A stretch of 64,000 bases of DNA from the NCBI GenBank assembly GCA_973895155.1, contig OZ316896.1, positions 12,256,549 through 12,320,548 of the forward strand. The letters are read 5' to 3'. Shown here one piece after another: positions 24,221 through 37,033 of the stretch. The stretch is from Marsupella aquatica. Its lineage: Eukaryota > Plantae > Marchantiophyta. The translations under genes were made by a program, and so were the position numbers. The notes under the pieces were generated by a model, which did not search any database, had not been told where the DNA came from, and was given only the letters and a program-made list of their open reading frames with translations. Every line of letters begins with the position of its first letter. Position 1 is the stretch's first letter.

Positions 24221-27200
24221 ATGGAGCTGAGCACAGGAGGAGGAGGAGGAGGAGGCACCGTGAGCGGGGGTGGGAGAGCAGGAAGCGGGGTCATAAACGT
24301 AGCCGGAAGCACTGGTAACGTTCGTGCAGCAGTTCAGGACCTCTTCAATCTGTATCTTGCGCGGCCAGCCAGCAGTAGGAGTGCTGTCATTCAACAGAAC
24401 TCTAAAGCTCGGGTGAGGACGAATACCGCTTCAGGAAAGCACGAACTCCCCACAGATGAGCAATTCACTCTGGACTTCTTTCAACTGCAGAAACATTTTC
24501 CTGACCCGGAGCAATTGCGGTCATCAGCTGAGTCTGTTCTTGCTTCGTTACTCGTGCAATGCAGTTCTCACTCCATTCAGGTCGAATTTCTCCTCTTCGC
24601 GCTGCGATCGTTGGCGAGGTTAGGGGTCCTGCACTGGGACTCTTTTATTCCCTTGTTATTACATGCGGTTGGGACGTTGGAGATTTCAGCAGGGCTGCAG
24701 CAGGCCGGACTTCATAACACTGTAGGGACCCCACAAGGTCCTCAATCGTCCCCAGGGAATGCCCACATGATGCTGATGGGAGGAGGGTCTGGAGCTCTGC
24801 CTGGTGTTGCGGCTTCTCCAGCTCCCAATTCTGCTGTGGTAACCTCCCCATCCCATTCTGCAGTTGACGTTTCCACAAATTTCTCCCAGTCAAGCAATGT
24901 AACAGGAGGGAGCCCATTTGGTTCTGGGAACAAGGGTACTGCAGTAGGCACCAAGGTGCTAGCCTGGTTGTGTCCTCTAATTTGCAAGATCCTGTCGGCC
25001 GCTCTAGATACCGACCTGAAGCCTGCAGTTGTGCACGACATCCTCGTGCAGGTTGTGAGCTGGATAAATCAATGGGATTCAAAGGGGCCAAATGGGAGAG
25101 AAGTACAATCTGTCAATAGGTGGGAAAGCACGGTGGAATCATCAACCTGGCTGCACAGCTGTGTGGAGCTCGTATGGGCGTTGATTGATGAGAACAAGTG
25201 TCGGGTACCCCTCTATTCTCTGCTTCATGGGCACTCCCAACTGCAGGTTGACCTCTGGCCTGAGAATGAAGAATTGTTTGCCTTGTTTCTTGAGGTCCAC
25301 CGCAGACGTGACAAGATTGCTTTGCACATGCTAATGCTTGACCATCATCTGCACTGCCCAACTTTTGCCACATTGCGAATGACCGCACTGACTTATCCTG
25401 GCACTCTTGGAGAACCTCTTCATGGAGAGGATGTTGCAAATGCTGTGTCCAGGGGTAGTCTTGACTGGGAGAGGGCAATGCGGTGCTTAAGCCACGCCTT
25501 GCGTTGTAATCCCTCTGCTGATTGGTGGAGAAGGGTTTTAGTTTTCGCTCCAAGGTATCGGAAGGATTCACAGTCTCAACCGCCTGCTCCTAGGCCAGGA
25601 CCAGTGTTCATGACACAACCAGCTCCGGAGTTCTCCTCAGATATGATCTGTGAGGCTGTTGTCGATCGCATCATGGAACTCATGCAACCTATGCAACCGA
25701 CCAATAATAATGGCAGTGGATCTATTCATGTTTCCATGACGGAGTCCGGGCGCTGGCAAGAGTGGCTTATTATTGCAGACCTCTTCTACTTTTTCATGCG
25801 AAGTGGTTTCATAGATTTTCTGGAGTTTGTTGACAAGTTGGCAATACGATTTGCCCGTGGGGAGCAAGCAGTCATTCGCAGCAATCATGTCACATGGCTT
25901 CTTGCTCAGGTATTTCGCCTAGAGACAGTCACAGCTGCTCTTAGCACTGACTCCAGAAAGCTGGAAACGGCTCAGAAGATCTTGTCCTTCCACATGGCAG
26001 AACGACCAATCGATCAAACAACAAATCTTTCCCCGCAGAACATGCTTTTAGATTTTGTGGGGAGCAGCCAAACTCTAAGGCTTTGGTCAATTAATCGTCA
26101 AATGATGGAGCAAATCACTGGGAATCGTATGCCTGAGCATATTCAGAAGGGAAAACAAATCGATGAATGGTGGAAGCAGGTCGCCAAAGGTGAACGTGTT
26201 CTCGATTATTCTAACTTGGATGATAAGTCGATGGGAATGGTGTGGGTGCTTTCACATACAGTGAGCCAACCGATATGTGACTCAATAATGACTTGGATAA
26301 ATCAAAAGGGTCATGGTGAAGTGGTTGGCGTAGGGGGTCAGGCAGGAGAGAGAATGCCTGTTGTGCTTGAAGTTCGCCCTCTGCCAATCTTGCTACTCTC
26401 CGGGCTCTCTTTGCATCTATGTTTTAGGCTCATCAATAACATTGAGGAGGTCATGCTTGCCGGACAGATAATTCCTAGCATTGGGATGATAGAAACGTAT
26501 GTGCGTCTGTTGTTAGTTGCACCCCAGACACTCTTCAGGCACCATGCTCATGGAATTATGCAGAGATTTCAACAAGGATTGTCTAAGCCTGGACTCTCTC
26601 TTCTTCTCTTGGAGCTTATGAACTATCGTCTCATACCTTTGTACAGATATCAGGGAAAAACTAAGCAGCTGATCTTTGACATTGCCAAAATCCTCATAAC
26701 TGTAAAAGTCAAACGCGGTGAACATCGTCAATTTCGGCTGGCTGAGAATCTCGCCATGAATTTGATATTGTCTTTGCGAGAAGTTGTACTGATCAAGAAG
26801 GAGCTTAAAGGTGCCACAACAGAGTTCACGGAGACATTGAACAGGGCAATGGTGATCAACCTTGCATTTACAATGAAGACCAGGGGAGTTGCAGAGATTG
26901 AACAGCTGCTCGTGCTGCAGCCAGCTCTGGACCAAATCTTGGCAAGCACCTACCACAAATGGTCAGAGAAGACATTGCGGCACTTTCCTCCCACTCTGAG
27001 AGATGCAATCAAGGGACGCCCGGACAAGAGACCTCAGATTATAAACCAATGGCAACAGGTCGAGGCGACTGTTTTACATCATTGCCGACAGCTCTTGGCA
27101 CCAAGCCATGACCCTTCGTACATACTTACAGCTCTCAATGCCATGAATCACAGCTTTCCCCAGCATCGACAATATTTGTGTGCAGGAGCTTGGATCCTGA

Positions 27201-29113
27201 TGGATGGACATCCAGAAAGTATCAATAGCGTCAATCTTGGACGTATCATGAAGGAACTTCCACCTGAGGAGGTGACAACAAATACTTATACAATGGTTGA
27301 TGTCCTACTTCACAATATTCAGCTTCAGCTTCAGCATGGTCATCTATTGCATGATCTGTTGCTGAGAGCAAGTGCCAGTCTAGCAATGCTCATGTGGACT
27401 CAAGAGATCCTGCCGTTTGACATCACTCTGTTAGCTCTGGCTGACCGTGACGATGACCCACATGCTCTCCGCTTGGTGGTGGGTTTACTGCTCGATAGGC
27501 AAGAGTTCTTAAACCGTGTGCAGCTCCACTTGGTTAAAAGTGGTCAAAATGAGCGTATCAACCATTGGGACCACCCAGGTCCGTTCCAGAGGCCGGAACC
27601 TCAGCAAGCCCTTGGTCAGCATCTAGCTGGGAAAGACAGGTATCCTATATTCTTTGATGAGATGTGTTTGCGCGCTCTGCCTATCATACCACTCATTATG
27701 TATCGCCTCATAGAGAATGATGCAACAGAGACTGCAGAGCGACTCCTGGCATCATACTCTGGCCTCTTTTTCTATCACCCAGCGCACTTTACGTTTGTCC
27801 GAGATACCCTGGCATACTTCTACGGAAGCCTCCCATCCAAGCTTGTGGTTCGACTCCTTGGGAGCCTCGACTTGACGAAGATTCCCTTTTCAGATACATT
27901 CCTGCAGCACGTTTCCCTAAACACAGGAAATACTCTTCCACATGAGTACTATTCAAACTTGCTTCAGGGTCTTGTCACCAAAGTCATTCCCCCTGTGAAC
28001 AATGTTCGCTCAAAGTCGAGTGCCACTGCAGCAGACGGACTACCTCCAGCTTCTCGTTCGAGCTCTAACAGAGGTCCAGCAGTGTCAACCAGCGGTGCAA
28101 CAAATACACCTGAGGTTCAAAGGGCGTTTTATCAACATCAGGATCCGGGAACCTACACTCAATTGGTTCTGGAGACTGCAGTGGTGGAGCTGTTGTCACT
28201 ACCTCCGCCACCTAACCAAGTGGTGACAATGCTTGTCAATGCAGCTGTACGTGTCCCTGCCCCTCCTACAGGACATTCATCTTACGGGACCCCAAGGAGC
28301 CCATTACTGCCCACTTCACCGACAAGTGTAGGTGGAGACAACTCCAACGCAGGGAACATTTCTGGGAGTCAAGCTTTTTCACTTACCTCGAGCCCGCTAG
28401 TTATACAAGCATGCGGACTCCTGTTAGCACAGTTGCCAACAGCATTTCATGGAGCCTTCTATTCGGAAACTGCACGAATAATCAAGGATAGTTGGTGGGT
28501 GATTGATCAAAACAAATCCGCTCGGGAGCTGGGTCCTGTATTTAGTCATGTAATCTGGGATCCGACATGGGCAGTTCAGGATGAGATGTCGAATGTGTTA
28601 GGAAATACGCTGGCTCTTGTACATACTTTTGGTGTGAATCTTCCTTATGATTGGTTGGAAGGAATGCATGCCATTATCAAACTTCAGAGACCCGTCACCT
28701 CTGTTGTGCATTTGAGACTGGCTTACAGGATCATGGGACCTTTGTTATCTCGTCTGGTGATCTCTCGACCTCTTTTTACAAAGACGCTTGCTTTGCTCTT
28801 TGCAATCATGGCAGATGTATTCGGTCGCAACTCACCGACATCGCCTGCCATTGACCTCAGTGAAATATCCGATCTTGTGGACTTTTTACATCATGCAGTG
28901 ATCTTGGAGGGACAGGGACCAAATAACGTTGGCGGAAAACCTCGTCCAGACACTCTTGCATTCTGTACTAAGGCTGTAGATCTGCTTCATCCAGATCTGA
29001 AACACCTGTTTCGTCATCTTAGTGCTGATGTCAACACTTCCATTTATGCTGCCACTCATCCCAAAATGACGCAAATTCAAATGCCTGCGTCATCTTTTGG
29101 GACTTCAATGTGA
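24221..29113 (+). CDS. MED23: Mediator of RNA polymerase II transcription subunit 23, single exon, 1630 aa
   Basis: 4.9-kb uninterrupted ORF from the first ATG at 24221. Plant MED23-like segments: LFNLYL, LDHHLHCPTF, GSLDWERAMRC, RSNHVTWLLAQ, RGEHRQFRLAENL, FPQHRQYLCAGAW, LVLETAVVELLSLP, SIYAATHPK. Confidence 0.92.
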   Translation: MELSTGGGGGGGTVSGGGRAGSGVINVAGSTGNVRAAVQDLFNLYLARPASSRSAVIQQNSKARVRTNTASGKHELPTDEQFTLDFFQLQKHFPDPEQLRSSAESVLASLLVQCSSHSIQVEFLLFALRSLARLGVLHWDSFIPLLLHAVGTLEISAGLQQAGLHNTVGTPQGPQSSPGNAHMMLMGGGSGALPGVAASPAPNSAVVTSPSHSAVDVSTNFSQSSNVTGGSPFGSGNKGTAVGTKVLAWLCPLICKILSAALDTDLKPAVVHDILVQVVSWINQWDSKGPNGREVQSVNRWESTVESSTWLHSCVELVWALIDENKCRVPLYSLLHGHSQLQVDLWPENEELFALFLEVHRRRDKIALHMLMLDHHLHCPTFATLRMTALTYPGTLGEPLHGEDVANAVSRGSLDWERAMRCLSHALRCNPSADWWRRVLVFAPRYRKDSQSQPPAPRPGPVFMTQPAPEFSSDMICEAVVDRIMELMQPMQPTNNNGSGSIHVSMTESGRWQEWLIIADLFYFFMRSGFIDFLEFVDKLAIRFARGEQAVIRSNHVTWLLAQVFRLETVTAALSTDSRKLETAQKILSFHMAERPIDQTTNLSPQNMLLDFVGSSQTLRLWSINRQMMEQITGNRMPEHIQKGKQIDEWWKQVAKGERVLDYSNLDDKSMGMVWVLSHTVSQPICDSIMTWINQKGHGEVVGVGGQAGERMPVVLEVRPLPILLLSGLSLHLCFRLINNIEEVMLAGQIIPSIGMIETYVRLLLVAPQTLFRHHAHGIMQRFQQGLSKPGLSLLLLELMNYRLIPLYRYQGKTKQLIFDIAKILITVKVKRGEHRQFRLAENLAMNLILSLREVVLIKKELKGATTEFTETLNRAMVINLAFTMKTRGVAEIEQLLVLQPALDQILASTYHKWSEKTLRHFPPTLRDAIKGRPDKRPQIINQWQQVEATVLHHCRQLLAPSHDPSYILTALNAMNHSFPQHRQYLCAGAWILMDGHPESINSVNLGRIMKELPPEEVTTNTYTMVDVLLHNIQLQLQHGHLLHDLLLRASASLAMLMWTQEILPFDITLLALADRDDDPHALRLVVGLLLDRQEFLNRVQLHLVKSGQNERINHWDHPGPFQRPEPQQALGQHLAGKDRYPIFFDEMCLRALPIIPLIMYRLIENDATETAERLLASYSGLFFYHPAHFTFVRDTLAYFYGSLPSKLVVRLLGSLDLTKIPFSDTFLQHVSLNTGNTLPHEYYSNLLQGLVTKVIPPVNNVRSKSSATAADGLPPASRSSSNRGPAVSTSGATNTPEVQRAFYQHQDPGTYTQLVLETAVVELLSLPPPPNQVVTMLVNAAVRVPAPPTGHSSYGTPRSPLLPTSPTSVGGDNSNAGNISGSQAFSLTSSPLVIQACGLLLAQLPTAFHGAFYSETARIIKDSWWVIDQNKSARELGPVFSHVIWDPTWAVQDEMSNVLGNTLALVHTFGVNLPYDWLEGMHAIIKLQRPVTSVVHLRLAYRIMGPLLSRLVISRPLFTKTLALLFAIMADVFGRNSPTSPAIDLSEISDLVDFLHHAVILEGQGPNNVGGKPRPDTLAFCTKAVDLLHPDLKHLFRHLSADVNTSIYAATHPKMTQIQMPASSFGTSM

Positions 29114-30175
29114 GAAGTTGCTCCTTGTATTTTGTACCCGTGAAGAATCAGGTAATACTGTTGTCATATTGGCCTTTCCATGTAGATTCGTGTCATATCG
29201 TTCCAGATGTTTACAATCAAGGGGTCCTCAATTCACTTGGTAGGCCCATTCACATTATACTTAACTCTGCAGCATAGGAAATTCAGAAATCTGCCTGTAC
29301 TAAAATGCACCAGTCAGCAATATATATTCGGCTCATCGTTTCAGCTTGAGATGCATTTGGAATTTGAGTTGGGAAAATCCTTGGTGTCAGGAACACTTGA
29401 CCCACGCATTATTATTGGAATTATTAGTTATGTTTCACAGATGCTTGTTTTTTTGAATTGAAAAGTTGGAAGACAATATTTCCACAGTTTAGCCTCAAGA
29501 GGAATTCCCGAGGTAGTGCTTAGCACGAGTGTCACAGAGTTGAATGTTGAACACCTGTAGGAAGGCAATTTCGCATAATCACAATGATTCAGACTCCCTG
29601 TGCTAAGAATCTAGAGGACGAAGTTTCATCATTTTGGCTTACTCATTCCGACGACCATTCTTCTACTTTCGGACACGGGTGAAAGCTTTGGCTAGGTTGT
29701 GAAACAGCCAGTAGCATGGAAGAAAATCAGGAGCTTGACTTCAAGCACAATATCATTTCTGTTACAAGAGATCTGGCACGAAATGAATCTCGCTGAATGT
29801 TACTATTATGAGCATGTTGAAGCACCCCGACCAGATCTACTAAATAGTAGAGTTAATCTAATCTAGAAGCTACACTTTCTACCATAGTTACTGGTACTAT
29901 GAATATGGTCTGACACTGTAATGAGTGTGAGTTAGAGTAATTTGAATGATTGATTTATGTGAATGTGATGGTTTAGTGAGGATCTCTTGATTTAATGTAT
30001 TCTTAGTCTAAGTTATTGTCAAAATATTCTTGTTTAACGGGCTTGTTTACCAAGCTTACACTTGACAGCAAGATTGTTTTTGCAAACTATATATTTTCAG
30101 CAACATCATCTTTTTGACAGCATCATCTTCTCTACAAACAATTTTTTTTACAAAACATCTTTTCGCAGCAACCAT

Positions 30176-30269
30176 GAATTGTAGCATGGACTTAGTTACA
30201 AGACTTATCGCTGGAACCCCAGAATGAATGGAACCTCATGAATTGTAGCATGGACTTAGTTACAAGACT
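30176..30269. repeat. Direct repeat of 33 bp (CATGAATTGTAGCATGGACTTAGTTACAAGACT)
   Basis: Two identical copies ~63 bp apart. Confidence 0.8.
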
Positions 30270-30879
30270 AGGTGTGGATCTTCAGCTCATCACACTATTG
30301 AAGTGATAGTTTTTTTATTACCTCCAGACCTAGTTATGAAACTAGATATGGACCATTAGCTCATCACACAACACGGAGAAATGATGATAAATGTTCATCT
30401 CTTCTTTTTCCTCTTTCCAGGTTTTCGGAGTTTGTTGTTTGTCCTTTATGGATCACTTATGCTTCTACTCCATTGTACTTTGTTTGGCACTTTTTGAGTA
30501 AGTTGGTCCTTTTTAGGTTCCCTTCAAAGGTGTATGGGGGGTTTCTAGTTTACTGCTCAATAGAATTTTAGTTTTTTTCCTGCAATGGGGGGAATCTTGG
30601 GCTTTTTGCCTCCTTGGTCTCCAGTGGTTTTTTCCTTGTTATCTCCCCTTTATTGGCTCTCCTAGCTTTGGGATTGTGTATCCCACTTTGGCACTTTTCC
30701 TGAGACACCATGCACATGTAAACACCATACAAAGTAGTCGACAGAGCGAGAACGTGATTCACCTCACAACTGAGGCTACATCCACGGGAAAGCAAAAGAT
30801 CTTTACTTCTCTCTTGCTCCATTCCAACAATGAACTGAAGATCCACAGGGGCTGACATCAGCCGTGGTTATATACAACA

Positions 30880-30970
30880 TGCATCACTACTAACCTTAGC
30901 TATGTCCTAACCTGAGTTAGTCTAACTATGATTAGCCCTAGAGTCAGAAGACTAAGAACAATACTCAACA
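30880..30970 (-). mobile_element. LTR fragment related to the solo LTR at 18816
   Basis: Reverse complement TGTTGAGTATTGTTCTTAGTCTTCTGACTC...GTTAGGACATAGCTAAGGTTAG resembles TGTTAAGGATTGCTCTTAGTCTTGTGACTC...GTTAGGGTCTTAGCTGAGGTTAG; other end not resolved. Confidence 0.55.
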
Positions 30971-33140
30971 GTTTGACAGTGTGAGATCTACTCCTCAATG
31001 AAGCTCAAGTTTAGTGTGAACCCTATTCTGCTAGTTCTCCTTGGTTTTGCACTATTATAGCCAAAATATGGCTCTCTATCCTCTCTACAGAACAAGAAGA
31101 GCCCCCATATACTATAGAATCCTTGCTGATTCTAGAGAAAGGGATGGACACAATCAAACCATAATGTAACATAATAGTAGGCAACAAAGTACTCTCAAAA
31201 ACTGAAACTAGTGCTCGATGGACCACTCCCATGAACCTTGCAACCCGGACATTACCTATTTCACAACGGAAAAGTGCTATCTGAGTACCAAAAACCATCA
31301 AGTTATACTCCAGTTACACTCTTATAAAATCTCAAGCCCCATGGACTTAATTAGATCTTATACAAACAGCTCGGATGGACCCGCACAGCCCCATGAGCTG
31401 CAAAAAATAGTATATATATTAACCTATACTTCCATATCATGACACCATACAGTTCTGGTAGTGATCATGATCGACACTAAAAGTTTGTGTGTCCATCTAA
31501 GTAACAGTGTCAAACATTTGTTCTGATCTTAGTTACTTGGCCACTTTTTTTTCTAAATGGGAAACTACCTTTGAGCAAGTGGTGCAACTGGCTTGCAGGA
31601 AAGGAGCCTCCATTTCTATTTTGTAATTTTCTTATTCCTTACAAGTACCACAAACACCTATGGGGCGTAAACATTCAACCAGCTAGTCAAGACAGTGTGG
31701 AGCAGAACCTGTTACATGCAAGAACAGAACTTGAGATCTTTTTAATCTAGAAATAACACATTCGACTGAACCACTCAATCCGAGCTATTAGCTCAGATGG
31801 CACCTACAGTAGTTCGTTTTAGTTGGACAGGATATTTGAACTTATATGAAATCAATACAAAGTTGTGTTTTAGTTTAGGATACTTCTAACTTATGATTCA
31901 GCTGAAACAAAAATAACCCAACTCAACCCAACTCACCTCAACTCAACTGCCGCAGTAAAACTTCAGTCAGTTGAGAGAAAGGCCGGATTATTCTGCCGGA
32001 TTATTCTTGATAACAGTCGACAAGGACTGTGGGGCAGACTGGGTGACCTTCATTTCATCTGAAATTAATTCCCTTTTATTTCTGGATCATAACTTTCTAG
32101 TAAAGTTATAATTATATTGTGGGAACCTACCAGTGGCTTCATAATTATATTGTTTGTAAATAGTTTACTCATGAAGCTTGGGCGAATCTTCCTCTGGATA
32201 TCTGACTAAATCGTGCTCTCATGAAGTTTAAAATGTTCCCAACAAGGTTCAAAGGAATTTTGGGAATGGATTTCTTAAGTATGGGTCGTCTACAACACGG
32301 CTGACAACACGGCCCTCCTCCACGAAGTGCACCTCCGGAGGCAACCAACGAAATTCTTCTCTAACGTATCGTTTTACCTTGGGATCATGTTCTACAAGTA
32401 GGAGCTCCTACACATGGAGCTATTCGTAGTTCAGGGATTATCAGCTCCCGGACTGCCAAATGTCTAAGTGCGTTGGCGTGAGAAATTATTCCTAGCCAGA
32501 CATAAGATTGCAAGAGGAAGTCATACCCGAACTGCAGACATTGGCTAGCAGAGGAAAAGATAAAATGCATTCCTCCACCTTGAACTGTTCCGCCGGTTCA
32601 AGCGTAACTCATCAACATGATCTGGGTACTCGCCAGTGATAAGACCACCATAACACTGATGTTGCATCTGTACAATTGAAATTGATCCAGAGTCTCCTGC
32701 CTCATCCTTCCTCATCTTCTATCTAGATAAATGTTTCACTCTAGATGAAACAGCTTTACTTGCGTTATCCTCATTAAGTGAAAACGTTCTAATCATAAAA
32801 TCGGTAATAACTACAATTTAAATCCTTGTTGAGACTTCCCAAGACCTACCACTAGAGAGATACTCGTGCAATACAGGAGGTGACCTATCTCCAGGGACCA
32901 ATCTGCAAGGGGTCACAAGCACATCAACTAAACAACAACGCCAACAGCTATCTTGCAAGAGGAGCACAATGGTGCCTGAAGAAATGGAATTACTTGGACC
33001 CGCCACAACAATGAGATAAATCCCACTCCAATTGGGATACAAAATCGAGAGATGCTTCGGCCCAAATATACTTTTGGGAAGCAAAGCATTGATCTGACAA
33101 ATGATTGTAATATGAGATCCCCAGAAATGTAGGGCACCAA

Positions 33141-35471
33141 TCACCCCCAGATGGTCCGCCTCAGCCACAACATAATTATCACCACTCCCACAACGATTGC
33201 CACAGGTGCCCATTTCTTGATTAATGCCTGAAACAAAAAGGAACCAAGCTCAAGGTAAGTCTGCCGTGGTTCTGTTGAATGAATGTACTTTTCAGGCATC
33301 ACTGCTAAGTCATTGTTGGAAGCTGCGCTGATAGACAAGTGGACTATTTCAGAGACTTGACGATTGCACTCGCTTTCATAATCATTTCATAGGTACCAAG
33401 ACTTGTTGAGAGTGTGGCTTCAAGTTCAGCTCAAACGAAATCAAGACACTGTATTTCCCGGCATCTGACGAGTGAAAGCCACCTAAAGTTATTCAGATGA
33501 AAAAATAATCAGATTCGGTCTCGTGAACAGGGTAATGAACTAATCCTGGTCGCCCAGGGGCACAGGTTCTCTGGCAACAAGGCTGCAGCGGGCGTTTCAT
33601 CGTAAGTACTGTCTCTAAATAATCGACCAGTTCGTTGAGCGTTCATTTGTTCATCTTGTCAGACCTAAAACCGAGATGTACGACTTCTTCCGGTTCACAA
33701 TCACATCATATCCCTTGAACAGGTACATAAAGTCTGACTAAAGGAAACAGCCGGGACCTCTTCCGGTTCACAATCATATTATATACCTTGAACAGGTACA
33801 TAAAGTCTGATTGTGCAGATCATGTTATTTGAGACCACCAGGATCCGCTATGTAGCGTTTTCCCTTGGTATGACGAACGGATTGGAAAATTGATCCAACG
33901 ATTTCCTCACCTTGACTCTTGAGAAATCTTTGTGAAAGAGCAGCCTCATGAGAAAAAGGAGGGAACCGAATACCCTCACAAAATCATAAAGTGGTGCAGA
34001 GAATTAGTGAGAGACAAAAGGAGCCATATCAAACGATCAAATATCCTCCTACCTGCCGGTTGAGGTCCTTTGCTTTCAATGCAAATACACGAGACTCTGC
34101 AGACAGGCGGTCTGACATACTGCTAACCTCTGCATCCACGAGATCAATTTAGTCAGAAGTCACGTCTAATCTGAGCTCTCGGCATTGTGCAACTCTGCTC
34201 TTGTTGTTTTAAAGTATTGCCTGTCATTGAGGTCAAAGTCGTCCGAGGAATGAAAATCGAGCTGCACGAACGTCAACTGGTAATGCAAGCACTTTCAAAG
34301 CAAAGGATGAGGATCCTTACGATCCAGTCTGTCCCCAACACCTAAAACTTCTTGAATGTTGCGCGTCATAATCTGTTGAACTTCATATAAGTCGTCATTT
34401 AACTTTGACAAATTCCTTTGAGTGCGAGTGTCCAGATACAGCTTCCTTGTCTTTTGAATGAAAGTATCTACGTAGGCACAGAAGATGTCAGCATCTACTT
34501 GAAAATAAAAGATAACACCAGAAGAATGGGCGACGCATCTGACAATCCATATCAGTTAAAAACGAATCTAGCAATGGCACAGAACGTCTCAAGTACTCAA
34601 AATTAAATACAAACAAGATGATGATCAGAGAATAATCCTGTTGCGTTTAATTTGACTAGACTCTCGCAAGTTATGTTCTTCCAATGAAGAAAAACGGCTG
34701 TGGAACTTCAAAAGAAAGCCTACACAAAACTACCCACATCAAATTACACTCTAATGACTAGCAGAAACCTGACAGAGGGAGAACATTAGACGCTACATAC
34801 CGGATTGAACTAGACCCAGACCCACAAAGCATGCCTACACAAGATGATCTCAACAGCGGGAAAGGATACCCAAAACCGTAATTGACTTCTAGAGTAATAG
34901 AATTATGATTAAGGAATCTTGAAGGTTACCAAATTTTATGAAAGCATAAGGTCTCGCAACCGTTTCGATTTGACTCCTGTTAACTTTTTCAAACTCCCTT
35001 TGTAGTTCTTCAAGGTACTGATAAGCTAGTTTCTTCGGGTAGGAGCGCTCACACAAAGTCAGGTAACACACACCCCCCTCAATGATATAGCTGTAGGATT
35101 TCTGTTAGGGGAAGCATCTTAGTAAATCATATCAGCAATGTGGTAACTCCAAAGAGAAAACACGTCACCAGCCCTAAATTCAGTGGAAATCAGCTCCAAG
35201 TCCTGGTCAATCTCTAAATTATCAGGACGAAATGAATCTAGCATGCACAGGACACGACTTAAAAACTCTGATGAGGATACTGGAAGTAATAGGAGCCGGT
35301 TTCAACAGACATTCGAGATGGCTCATGTTGGCCTTGAGACAACTTCTTAAACAGAGACTTCGCTTGTTGCTTGTAGAACTCCAAATCCTTCTGCTGGTCC
35401 CGGCCGTCATCAAGACCCTCAGCCAAAGGAAGCCCGTCTGTGACCCTGGCAATAATAGTTAATTTAACCAT
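33141..35471 (-). CDS. SEC22: SEC22 longin-domain R-SNARE; exons 35471-35281, 35090-34930, 34467-34321, 34129-34053, 33227-33141 (220 aa)
   Basis: MVKLTIIARVTDGLPLAEGLDD, YPKKLAYQYLEEL, ARPYAFIKFDTFIQK, IMTRNIQEVLGVG and a C-terminal TM helix; five exons sum to 663 nt in frame. Confidence 0.95.
35091..35280 (-). other. U12-type (minor spliceosome) GT-AG intron in SEC22
   Basis: Donor GTATCCTCA; branch site TTCCCCTAAC (35113-35104) about 13 nt before the acceptor AG; no polypyrimidine tract. Confidence 0.8.
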
Positions 35472-36879
35472 CTGGAAACGTTTGCGATGTCCAAATGAAA
35501 TTGTACGAAGCCCTGTCGATGAAGCAAGTCCCACACGCTTCGATTCTCAGGGAATCCAAGAGATATTTCGGCCACAGGCAATTAATGCAAGGCAGTGTGG
35601 ACGACGATGCCCAATTCAGGGTGTCGAATCCAGACAACTTCCCTACAGGATCCAATCAAACGTTTCGAACGTTACTTCTTCAGCTCGGCCCCGTGCTCGC
35701 GTCCGCAAGTACCGCAAAGTGAGCCACAACAAGGTGAAAACCAATGGCATTACTCTCAGGACATCAGCAGCAAGAGACCGTGACCTTCATCCTACCCGGA
35801 CATACATATCCCAGAACCTCTTCCACAACAACAGATCGAATCGCCGAAAATTGGTACCCTGACCGACAATCGGATGGTGGCAGCTCCAATCCCTATAACA
35901 CCCCTCGTTCGACAATCAGCAACGCCTCTCCCGTCTCTGCTCCTCTCCCTGGTCCTCCTCCGCCTCCTCTCGTCGAACAATGACCATCCAAAAATCGTTC
36001 CGACCTCCTCCTTCCAACCCACCCACAGATATCTACCCGTTCCTATTCTCACCAGATCTGAAAATCAATTCCAATCCAGTCCTTTCAAACCCGGACCAAA
36101 ACAATCTCCTCCCTGCTCGTGCTCCACAAACGTTCCGCTTACCGCGTCAAAGGTCTCGTCGAGACGGCAAAGGCAAAGGATTCTGGGCCACAATCACGCC
36201 AAAATGTAGAGTGCAGACGAACGAAGAGACCACTGTAGTGCACCAACTACTAAAATGAGAAGAAGTTCCTCGTTAAATGCTCGAATCTAAGAATGCGAAA
36301 GGGAGGGGTAGACCACGGTGACGAAGAAGAGTGAAGTGGAAGGGAGGACAACGGGAGAAAAGGAAGACGAAGACGAAGAAGAAGGAGGAGAAGAAGCAGC
36401 AGCCGAAAAGAAGAGGAAGGGTGATCGACGAGTAGTGAAGAGTCTTCTTCGAAAGACGAAGAGAAGTCGGTCGGAGGACAAGTCGGTCGTGGACACTTTC
36501 AAGAGGAGGACATGGTGAAAGGCCAACACCTGCGTTCCCGAGTACGTTAACCTGAGTTATGTGTAGGGTAAGGGTAACCCATCCCCAAAAGGGGGTAATG
36601 GGCTTTAATCCCCGAGGGCATTAGAGTTACCTACAGTAGTGGACAGCCTGAGTGAATTTTTACAAAGCATTCCATTCAATTTTACATAGGAAAAGTGTGA
36701 TCCATCACAATTCAATTTTACATAGGAAAATAGGTCACAGTCTGCCACTTGCACTTTACTCTATTCTCATTCAAATTTCATAATCCCCAAGCCAGCTGGC
36801 TGGCCCAGGGGTTCTGTGGCTTCACCCGGGGGTAGTGCATCATAACCTTGTACACACATACAAAGGGAAAAATTCAGGA

Positions 36880-37033
36880 AGGGTTTACGATTAGGCACAC
36901 CCTGGACCGCGGTTACGGATCCGGGCGTGGAATGAAGGACAGAGAGTGACGAGAGGGTTTATGATTAGGCACACCCTGGACCGCGGTTACGGATCCGGAC
37001 GTGGAATGAAGGATGGAGAGTGACGAGCGAGGG
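36880..37033. repeat. 74-bp tandem duplication
   Basis: AGGGTTTA.GATTAGGCACACCCTGGACCGCGGTTACGGATCCGG...GAGAGTGACGAG twice, few mismatches. Confidence 0.9.

Noticed and set aside
24645-29080. Antisense and alternate-frame ORFs within MED23
   Set aside because: Expected shadows of a long coding region; no motifs
35440-36529. Cluster of ORFs upstream of SEC22
   Set aside because: Low-complexity 5' UTR/leader-intron sequence (an AG acceptor directly precedes the SEC22 ATG); no domains
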